Assembly: GCA_000993685.1 (NCBI GenBank)
Contig: LBWP01000004.1
Location: forward strand, 4,055 to 68,054
Origin: Candidatus Woesebacteria bacterium GW2011_GWA1_39_21
Lineage (GTDB): Bacteria > Patescibacteriota > Microgenomatia > UBA8517
DNA: 64,000 bases
Reading direction: 5' to 3'
The position numbers were made by a program, and so were the translations under genes. Positions 48,439 to 56,493 of the stretch are shown piece by piece (position 1 is the first letter of the stretch; each line of letters begins with the position of its first letter). Below the pieces are notes generated by a model. The model worked only from the letters and a program-made list of their open reading frames with translations. It was not told the origin of the DNA and searched no databases.

Positions 48439-50088
48439 ATGGGAACTAAAAAGTGGACTCTGTTGGTTTTAGTTTTGTCATTAATTATCGGATCGTATCT
48501 TCGCTTTTACAAACTCGATTGGGGAGAGGGTTACTATTTTCATCCCGACGAGTACCACATCGTCGGTGCTGTACACCATCTAATTAGCAATGGTCTTTTT
48601 TCAAACCCACAGCTTTTTTCGTACGGATCACTCACTGTATACCTAATCTACTTCGCATACCAAATTCTCTCCCATTTTCTAGCCACTCCAAATATTTTTA
48701 TTATCGGAAGGAGCCTCTCCGCACTTTTTTCAACATTGACACTAATCATCATCTTCGCAATCTCTAAAAAAAATTTTCCAAAAAACAAATATCTACCGGT
48801 TTTTGTAGTTCTTGTATCTGCATTTGTTCCCGGAATGATTCAACAAGCCCACTATCTAACTCCAGAAACGTTTATCACTTTTTGGATTACCCTTTCAACC
48901 TACTTTTTTATTGTCTATTTTGAAAAACAAAAATTAATCAATCTGATCTTGTCCGCGTTGTCATTGGGGCTTGCGGGAGGAACAAAAATTTCAGCTTTTG
49001 CGGTGTTGCCGTTTTTTCTGACTACAATCTTTTTTTACAAATTAAAAAAGGAAATTATTTTTTCCCGGTTGCAACGCGTACTACTTTTCCTCACAACCGC
49101 TTTTGTACTTTTTTTCAGCGTTTTTCCATACAGTATCCTTGACTACACGGACTTTAGAAGTACAACAAGATACGAAAGTTCACTCGCTACGGGGGCAACA
49201 AAAGTGTTTTATACCAGAGCATTCGAAGGCTCGATCCCTTTTCTTTTTCAGATAACTAAAATCTACCCCTACACGGTCGGAGTAGTGTGCTTAGGCTTTT
49301 CTATTTTTGGAGCGATAATCACCGCAATAAAGGTAATTAAAAACACTGGCGCAAAAAGAATTAAATACCTAATTCTCGCTGGCGTTTTTTTTTCTTATTT
49401 TCTTTTCAATGGTCTCCTCTTCACGAAATGGACGCGCTTTATTCATCCGACAATCCCATTTGTGATAATTTTCGCGTTTTTATTAATCGACTACGTCACA
49501 GAAAAAATTAAAAACCCTGTCAGAAAAATTGTATCTGCAGCTCTTGTCTTTGTATTAGTTGGGGCAACAATTATTTCAGGTTCAATGTATTTTACAATCT
49601 ACCAGCGCAGCGACGTTAGGATTCAGGCAACCAACTGGGCAGCAACACACTTGGAGAAAAATAGTTACATCCTCACAGAAACTGGTAACACATTGGAGGT
49701 TCCCCTCAAGGGACAATACAATATTATCCCCTTCGATTTTTACAATGTGGACACCAGGCCACAATTATATGAAAAGCTATTAGAAAGTATTTCTAAAAGC
49801 GACTACTTCATCATTCAAAGCAGAAGAATTTACCTTAACCACAAAAATAAAAATGAATACCCTGTGGCCGTTAACTTCTACAAAAGTCTTTTTTCCGGAC
49901 AGCTTGGTTTTACGGAAATACAAAGTTTCGAATCATTTCCGCAATTAACTGTTGGTAAATTTAAATATACAATTAATGATGAAAAGTCCGAAGAAACATG
50001 GACTGTATTCGATCATCCGGTTTTAAAAATCTTTAAAAAAACTAAGGGATTTTCAATCAACCATTATGACCAAATCCTTAGACAATAA
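48439..50088 (+). CDS. GT-C glycosyltransferase (PMT/ArnT-like)
   Basis: LRFY..W....FHPDE, YGS, GR.LSA, multi-TM, C-terminal EETWTVFDHP. Confidence 0.85.
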   Translation: MGTKKWTLLVLVLSLIIGSYLRFYKLDWGEGYYFHPDEYHIVGAVHHLISNGLFSNPQLFSYGSLTVYLIYFAYQILSHFLATPNIFIIGRSLSALFSTLTLIIIFAISKKNFPKNKYLPVFVVLVSAFVPGMIQQAHYLTPETFITFWITLSTYFFIVYFEKQKLINLILSALSLGLAGGTKISAFAVLPFFLTTIFFYKLKKEIIFSRLQRVLLFLTTAFVLFFSVFPYSILDYTDFRSTTRYESSLATGATKVFYTRAFEGSIPFLFQITKIYPYTVGVVCLGFSIFGAIITAIKVIKNTGAKRIKYLILAGVFFSYFLFNGLLFTKWTRFIHPTIPFVIIFAFLLIDYVTEKIKNPVRKIVSAALVFVLVGATIISGSMYFTIYQRSDVRIQATNWAATHLEKNSYILTETGNTLEVPLKGQYNIIPFDFYNVDTRPQLYEKLLESISKSDYFIIQSRRIYLNHKNKNEYPVAVNFYKSLFSGQLGFTEIQSFESFPQLTVGKFKYTINDEKSEETWTVFDHPVLKIFKKTKGFSINHYDQILRQ

Positions 50089-51922
50089 ACAACCGAGGGT
50101 TAAGAACCCTCGGTTTTCTGCAAAGAGCCTGCCAGCCGGCAAGGTAGGTTTGTTCACCGCTTCGCTTCAGAACATGGCCAAGAGCACTGAGTTTTCGCAA
50201 AGTTTGAATAAATTTCTATTTTTAGGAATCTTACTTTTTGCCTTCACCCTACGCGTGTATGGCATTAATTGGGATCAAAATCAACACCTCCATCCGGACG
50301 AAAGATTTTTAACGATGACCACAGAAAAAATGCTTTGGCCCAAGACGCTCGCCGAGTACTTAAGTCCGTCCATTTCAAAATTAAATCCGTACAATATTGA
50401 TGCCGGGTTTTTTGTTTACGGAACGCTCCCAACAACTTCGGTGAAATACTTTTCGGCTTATAAACTTTTCGGAAATTATCAATATAACAATATAACCCTT
50501 ACAGGAAGATTGATATCTGCCATTCTTGACACGACAGTTGTAATTTTAATTTGTCTTATCACAACTGCCATTTTTAACAACAAAGCTCTTAGCTTACTTT
50601 CATCTTTTGTTTATTCAATATCAGTTTTACCAATCCAGCTTTCACACTTTTTTGCTGTTGATACATTCTTGAACTTTTTTTTAATTTTGTCTTTTTATTT
50701 TCTAATCAGATTAACCAGTAAAAATAGGTGGGTGAATGTAATTTTACTGGGATTGTCATTCGGAGCAGCACTCGCATGCAAAATTTCGGCACTCTACTTT
50801 TTCCCAATAATTTGTTTAGGCTTTTTGTTGTTCTACCTGAAAACCAAAAGACTGGTTCGTGTTTGCGGGTATTTTTTACTTGCCGTATTCTCAATCATCA
50901 TCTCATTTCGCATCCTCGATCCACACACATTCACCGGCAATCTTTTTCCACCCAAAGTCAGTCCGCAATTTGTTCAAAATATCAAAGAATTACAAAGTAT
51001 TGCATCGGATAATTCTTTTTATCCCCCAGCAATCCAGTGGCTGAAAACAACTCCTTTGCTGTTCCCATTAAAAAACATCGTCATCTGGGGGCTTGGTTTA
51101 CCGCTGGGGATTTTATTTATAGTTTCAATTGCGTCTGAAATTTATCGACTCAAATCTTTCTACAAACTCAAGCCGGTTGAAAACATTCGTAACATTTTAA
51201 ACGGCCTAACAACAAACGACTTTGGCCGCACTTTAATCCTGATCTGGATACTTTTCCTTCTTGTATCTCAAGGTTTTCAATTTACTCCAAGCATGCGTTA
51301 TTTTTTACCAATTTATCCATTCATGGCAATTTTCGTAGCTAAATTCTCCGTGGAAAAAATATTTCCTGTATTTAAAAATCACATCCTACTTTTTACGACA
51401 TACTTTTTACTTTTGTTAATCTGGCCTTTGTCGTTTTTATCAATCTACACCCGATCTCACTCCCGCATTTCGGCATCCGAGTGGATTTATCAAAACATTC
51501 CTGCAGGTACAGTGCTTTCCTGCGACCTTTGGGATGACTGCCTGCCACTGCCCTTAGACCAAACAAAAAAACCACAACAATATCAGACTGTAACAATGCA
51601 GCCATTTGCAGTCGACAGCCAACAAAAAATTTCTGATTTCGTAAATGGATTAAAACAAATTGACTATCTTGTTCTTTCCTCAAATCGGGCTTGGGACTCA
51701 ATTCCTAAGTTGCCTGAAAAGTATCCATTTATGGCAAAATTCTATGACGATCTTTTCTCAGGCAAACTTGAATTTGAAAAAGTTGCAGAAATCACCTCCT
51801 ACCCCACAATACCAGTATTAAATATTTCCATCCCCGACCAACCGTCTGAGGAAGCGTTTACTGTTTATGACCATCCTAAAATTCTGATTTTTAAAAAAGT
51901 ATCTAAATCTTTCGAAGAGTAA
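50066..51922 (+). CDS. GT-C glycosyltransferase (PMT/ArnT-like) with repeat-derived N-terminus
   Basis: NWD...HLHPDER, YGTLP, IQLSHFFAVD, WDD.LP, EEAFTVYDHP; paralogue of the upstream gene. Start may be 50066 or 50174. Confidence 0.85.
   Translation: MTKSLDNKQPRVKNPRFSAKSLPAGKVGLFTASLQNMAKSTEFSQSLNKFLFLGILLFAFTLRVYGINWDQNQHLHPDERFLTMTTEKMLWPKTLAEYLSPSISKLNPYNIDAGFFVYGTLPTTSVKYFSAYKLFGNYQYNNITLTGRLISAILDTTVVILICLITTAIFNNKALSLLSSFVYSISVLPIQLSHFFAVDTFLNFFLILSFYFLIRLTSKNRWVNVILLGLSFGAALACKISALYFFPIICLGFLLFYLKTKRLVRVCGYFLLAVFSIIISFRILDPHTFTGNLFPPKVSPQFVQNIKELQSIASDNSFYPPAIQWLKTTPLLFPLKNIVIWGLGLPLGILFIVSIASEIYRLKSFYKLKPVENIRNILNGLTTNDFGRTLILIWILFLLVSQGFQFTPSMRYFLPIYPFMAIFVAKFSVEKIFPVFKNHILLFTTYFLLLLIWPLSFLSIYTRSHSRISASEWIYQNIPAGTVLSCDLWDDCLPLPLDQTKKPQQYQTVTMQPFAVDSQQKISDFVNGLKQIDYLVLSSNRAWDSIPKLPEKYPFMAKFYDDLFSGKLEFEKVAEITSYPTIPVLNISIPDQPSEEAFTVYDHPKILIFKKVSKSFEE
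50084..50212 (+). mobile_element. Two-hairpin repeat element, copy F (nested CCTGCCAGCCGGCAAGGTAGG module), in frame in the CDS
   Basis: AATAAA-CA-ACCGAGGGTT-AAG-AACCCTCGGT...TTGTTCACCGCTTCGCTTCAG...GTTTTCGCAAAGTTTG-AATAAA. Confidence 0.85.
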
Positions 51923-52664
51923 AAAAAACCGCCGCAGAATTATCTTGATCCGTAACTGCTTTTTTGCAAAATCTCAAAAGATACTTTTCCAGCAGTGAAA
52001 ACCCGCCCGGAAATAAAACCCATCTGTCAAACAGCCTCTTGCTAATTAACGAATCAACAGATAAATAGTGTGACAACTCAAGTAAGTGCGAATCATTTTT
52101 TCCCAGATAACCAATCTGCTCAACTACCTCAAAACCTGCTTCTTTGAAGGCTTTTTTCCAACCATCTACCGATAATAAATTTGGATGTTTTTGGATTTTT
52201 TTCAACCATTGTGCGTATCTTTTTCCAAGAAATTTTGCTCCAATAAGATAGCTCTCCCACATATCGGTCATTACACTCACATAGAATTTTCCACCTTTTT
52301 TCATCACTCTACTGATTTCATTTAAACTCAGATTAAGGTTATCAACGTGTTCCATGACACAGTTTGAAAAAACTGTGGAAAATTCTTCGCCATTAAACGG
52401 TATGCTTACTCCGTCATACGTCAAAACCCGACGATAAACCCGCGATTCTTTCGCTTCATGTAAAACAGTCTTATCAACATCAATTCCCACATCAATTCTT
52501 GAATTACCAAAAAGAACTTTTGCAAAAAATCCGTCACCACAACCAAAATCTAAAATCGGCTTTTTAAACGGCAGACGCTTTTCAAACAACCCTAGCTCTC
52601 TTGGACGAATAAAAACATAAAAAAATGGCCTATTGTTAAGATAGCTTTTTAAAAATTTTTTCAT
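51903..52664 (-). CDS. Class I SAM-dependent methyltransferase
   Basis: ILDFGCGDG, GIDV, FSNCVMEHV, RVMKKGG; ATG at 52664 preferred. Confidence 0.88.
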   Translation of the reverse strand: MKKFLKSYLNNRPFFYVFIRPRELGLFEKRLPFKKPILDFGCGDGFFAKVLFGNSRIDVGIDVDKTVLHEAKESRVYRRVLTYDGVSIPFNGEEFSTVFSNCVMEHVDNLNLSLNEISRVMKKGGKFYVSVMTDMWESYLIGAKFLGKRYAQWLKKIQKHPNLLSVDGWKKAFKEAGFEVVEQIGYLGKNDSHLLELSHYLSVDSLISKRLFDRWVLFPGGFSLLEKYLLRFCKKAVTDQDNSAAVFFTLRKI

Positions 52665-53763
52665 ACGCGGCGATTGTATCATCCGGATTAAAAATCCGAT
52701 TTATCTTTTTGTAAAAATCTTGATATTTGTTGCTACCTTTTATAACTTCTACAATTACATCCGCAAGCTTTATCGAGTCTTTTATCGGGGTAATCTCACC
52801 CATTCCACCAAGTCTTATCGGAACTCTAACTCCAGGTAAATCCGAGGCAACGACAGGACAGCCGGAAAGCATCGCCTCAACTTGGACAAAGCCAAATGAT
52901 TCCAACTTCTCCGTAGAAGGGAGAACTAAAACATCTATCGACTTGTAAAACATTGCCATCTGTTTCGCATCAAGCGCTCCCAAAAAAGAAATTTTCCCCC
53001 GAAATTTACTTATTAGTTTTTCCAAATCTTTCTGAAAACCCCCGCCAACAACTTCCTTTCCCGGCCCCGCTAAAAAGATTTTAAAATTATTTCCTAATTT
53101 TCTTTCAAGAGACGGTATTGCCCCAAAAAGATATTCGATTCCTTTCTCCCGGGCAATCCGCCCAGCAAAACCGATTTTATATTTAATGCTGGAAGGAATT
53201 CCTTTCAATTTTTGTGGAGACGTTTCAAATTTTACTGGCGGTAAGACGAACTGCAATTTATTTTCAAAACGCAGCAGGTAATTTGAATGATCCGCATAAT
53301 CCTTCGTATAGACAACAATTGTGTCGGCTAAGTAACCAATAAGTAAAAGGCTGAAATAAGTTGCCACTTCCGTAATTCGATTTATAAAACCAGGCCAGTT
53401 TGATAAATCGCAATGGTGTGTCACAACAACTTTTTTACCGAGCAGTTTTGCAACCAACGCGAGCAGAAAACCTTCAAACTGTGGTATGTGTATATTAACG
53501 ATGTCGTTTTTCAAGCTCTCCAAAAATGCTGCAAAAAGATAAGTTGGCATGATTGGTCCCCGTCCGAAAACAATCGGTGTCCAGAGCCTTTTAATAAAAA
53601 CTCCGTTTATCGCCTCGGTTCGCGGAAGTTCATTTTTGTAACGTGAGGCCAAAACGGTAACTTGGTGTCCTTTTTTAACCAGCTCTTCAGCAAGATTTTT
53701 GGCGTAGACTGTTAACCCGCTGATGTTGGGCGTGTAATAACTTAATGAAATTAAGATTTTCAT
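52636..53763 (-). CDS. Glycosyltransferase family 4
   Basis: YYTPNISG, GRIAREKG, VLVLPS..ESFG.VQVEAM..G.PVVASDLPG. Confidence 0.93.
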   Translation of the reverse strand: MKILISLSYYTPNISGLTVYAKNLAEELVKKGHQVTVLASRYKNELPRTEAINGVFIKRLWTPIVFGRGPIMPTYLFAAFLESLKNDIVNIHIPQFEGFLLALVAKLLGKKVVVTHHCDLSNWPGFINRITEVATYFSLLLIGYLADTIVVYTKDYADHSNYLLRFENKLQFVLPPVKFETSPQKLKGIPSSIKYKIGFAGRIAREKGIEYLFGAIPSLERKLGNNFKIFLAGPGKEVVGGGFQKDLEKLISKFRGKISFLGALDAKQMAMFYKSIDVLVLPSTEKLESFGFVQVEAMLSGCPVVASDLPGVRVPIRLGGMGEITPIKDSIKLADVIVEVIKGSNKYQDFYKKINRIFNPDDTIAAYEKIFKKLS

Positions 53764-54275
53764 CGGTTTGAAAAATGCTGATGTTGATCAGAAACATAAA
53801 CCAAATCGACGTTTTTAACTTTGGACTTCAAATAATCCAGAAGCGGTTTGTCGTCATCGATAAAAACATCCAGTTTCAACCTTGTAATCATTTTTTCTTT
53901 ATACAGGTGCGGCTGTTCGTTATGCAAATTTATAAAAATTTTTTTAAAAAACTTCCTCGTTTTGTAAAATCTAAACCATTCTCTTGTTCGCTTGTTCAAA
54001 AATTGGTAGCGCGACGAAACAACAAAAAGTTCGTATTTGTTGCTCTTGTAAAGCTCCTCAATTAGTCTAATATTTTCTCTTATTGGCGGTCGCATTAGTG
54101 GATGGTGACTCGCAATCCTAATCATTATTTCCATCTCGCTTTTGGGGTAGCGATATAGAAGTTCGTGGTCAATCCTTTTTCGGACCAGTTTTTCCAAAAG
54201 CACTTGGGGAACAAAAAACGGTTTACCTATTACCACTCCGTCAAGGTCAAAACCAATCCTGATTCTTTTTTGCAT
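53760..54275 (-). CDS. HAD-superfamily protein (5'-nucleotidase-like)
   Basis: IGFDLDGV, VVSSR, K, FIDDD motifs. Confidence 0.82.
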   Translation of the reverse strand: MQKRIRIGFDLDGVVIGKPFFVPQVLLEKLVRKRIDHELLYRYPKSEMEIMIRIASHHPLMRPPIRENIRLIEELYKSNKYELFVVSSRYQFLNKRTREWFRFYKTRKFFKKIFINLHNEQPHLYKEKMITRLKLDVFIDDDKPLLDYLKSKVKNVDLVYVSDQHQHFSNR

Positions 54276-54427
54276 TTTATATTCTCTGTATACTCCTCTT
54301 GCTCGAGTTTATTACTCTCGCAAGAGATTATATACTCACAATTCTCGTTTGCTTAATGCAAACTCGATTTTTTTGAGTATAAAATACAATACCAGATGTA
54401 ACAATTCAATTACACTGGAAAAACAGT

Positions 54428-56461
54428 ATGTTTATTAACGATCTTCCGAACATTCTAAAGTGGTGGGGTTATCTTTTTATCATTGGAGTGACTTTTTTCC
54501 CTTTAACATGGTTTGTTTTTAAAAAATTTTTCGGGGTCGGATACACGCTTTCAAAAACTTTGGGAATAATTCTTCTGTCCTATACAACGTTTCTTTTCGC
54601 AACGCTTCACATCGCAAAATTTTCGGCATTCAACATCCTCCTCTACCTGGTTGTTTTTCTTGCACTAAACTTATACATCGCTTTCAGAAACAAGCAGCCG
54701 TTCTTAAGCGATATGAAAAAAAATCTTTTACGAATAGTTCTCCAGGAATTCATTTTTGCCTTTGGACTTTTTCTCTGGTCATTTGTTCGAGCACACCAAC
54801 CGGAAATTAGAGGCTTGGAAAAATTTATGGACTTTGGATTTGTCAACTCCGCTCTAGGATCGGATTATCTGCCACCACACGACATGTGGGCGGCGGGTTA
54901 TACAATCAACTACTATTGGTTCGGACATTTCGTTACGGCGCTTCTTGCCAAACTGACAAATATACCATCCGAAATTACATACAATTTAATGTTGGCAACA
55001 ATCATGGGACTGATTCTTTCTTCAGCCGTCGTAATTACCTCAACGCTTTTTGAACACATTTCAAAAAATATTAGAGGTCGATACGTCTTTTTGGCGGGAA
55101 TTATCTCTGCATTAATTTTAGTTTTTGCTGGTAATTTCCACACACCTTTTTATATTTTAAAAAACGGCGTTGATAATTATTGGTATCCCGATGCCACGAG
55201 ATTTATTGGCTATAATCCAGAAACAAATGATAAAACGATACACGAATTTCCAATGTATTCGTTTGTCGTTGCCGACCTACATGGACATCTCTTAAATCTT
55301 CCCTTTGTCCTTCTGTTTCTGGCTTTCGCGTTCAAACTTGTGTCGGATAAAGAAAAGAACTCCTTTAAAATCAAAAATCTTATACTCCCGGGTGTGCTTT
55401 TAGGAATAATGTTTATGACTTCAACTTGGGATTTTGGCAATTACCTGTTAACACTCGGTTTTGTTTTGTTGTACTCATCTGTAAAAGATAATCATTACCG
55501 ATTAGTCAACGTCTTTGTGGAAGTAGCAAAAATATTGATTATTACCATTTCAATCGGTGTGGCGACGGCTCTGCCTTTTATAACCCATTTTGAATCGATA
55601 GCTCAGGGAATTAATTTCGTTCATGGCCACTCACCTTTGTGGCAACTTGCAATCCTCTGGGGTTTTCCCGCTGTGCTAACAGTCGTCTTTGCAAACATTT
55701 TAAAAAAGCTTGGAAAAAAACTAACAACATCCGATCTCTTTGTACTTTCACTTCTGACTTCCTCTTGGGTTTTGATCCTTTTGCCCGAGATTATTTACGT
55801 CAAAGATATTTATGCAGCAACGCACTATCGGGCCAACACAATGTTTAAGTTAACTTATCAAGCTTTTGTGATGAGTTACTTAGCTGGAGGATATATCATA
55901 GTCAGACAAATCGCACTGGAAAAATATGCCTATATTAGACGTTTTTTAACAATTTTTTGGATGGTAATTTTATATTCGATCCTCTCATATGCACAGATCT
56001 CAACAAATTCGTATTACGGACGTCTCAAAACTTATCTCGGTCTGGATGGAATAAAATGGTTACAAAACCAATATCCCGATCAGTATCAGATTGTTTACTG
56101 GCTTAAGAAAAACGCAGAAAAAAACAGTGTCATCCTCGAAGCTCCGGGGGACTCTTACACCGACTACAACGCCATTTCCGCTTACACCGGAATACCAACC
56201 GTTTCAGGATGGTTTGTTCATGAATGGCTCTGGAGAGGAACGCCAGATTTTCCACAACAAAGAGTTACCGATATTACCAATATCTATCTAACACCCGATG
56301 CAAAGCTCGCAAAAGAACTTCTCAACAAGTATCAGGTAAACTATATCATCGTCGGAACTTTCGAAAGGCAAAAGTATCCGCTTCTGAACGAGGAAAAATT
56401 TACAAAAATCGCCTCGATTGCTTTTCAAACAGGCGTGACTACCGTATATAAGCTAAACTAA
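54428..56461 (+). CDS. DUF2298 / YYY-type integral membrane protein (putative GT-C)
   Basis: EKFMD, PP.D.W.AG..INYY, TIHEFP.YSF...DLH.H, RANTMFKL.YQ, GW..HE..WR. Confidence 0.82.
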   Translation: MFINDLPNILKWWGYLFIIGVTFFPLTWFVFKKFFGVGYTLSKTLGIILLSYTTFLFATLHIAKFSAFNILLYLVVFLALNLYIAFRNKQPFLSDMKKNLLRIVLQEFIFAFGLFLWSFVRAHQPEIRGLEKFMDFGFVNSALGSDYLPPHDMWAAGYTINYYWFGHFVTALLAKLTNIPSEITYNLMLATIMGLILSSAVVITSTLFEHISKNIRGRYVFLAGIISALILVFAGNFHTPFYILKNGVDNYWYPDATRFIGYNPETNDKTIHEFPMYSFVVADLHGHLLNLPFVLLFLAFAFKLVSDKEKNSFKIKNLILPGVLLGIMFMTSTWDFGNYLLTLGFVLLYSSVKDNHYRLVNVFVEVAKILIITISIGVATALPFITHFESIAQGINFVHGHSPLWQLAILWGFPAVLTVVFANILKKLGKKLTTSDLFVLSLLTSSWVLILLPEIIYVKDIYAATHYRANTMFKLTYQAFVMSYLAGGYIIVRQIALEKYAYIRRFLTIFWMVILYSILSYAQISTNSYYGRLKTYLGLDGIKWLQNQYPDQYQIVYWLKKNAEKNSVILEAPGDSYTDYNAISAYTGIPTVSGWFVHEWLWRGTPDFPQQRVTDITNIYLTPDAKLAKELLNKYQVNYIIVGTFERQKYPLLNEEKFTKIASIAFQTGVTTVYKLN

Positions 56462-56493
56462 AAGCTCGATTGTACTAGCAGTTAAGTTGCAAA

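Noticed and set aside
9906-50212. Repeats considered as a CRISPR array or classical MITEs
   Set aside because: Copies are dispersed rather than regularly spaced, there are no cas genes, and there are no terminal inverted repeats.
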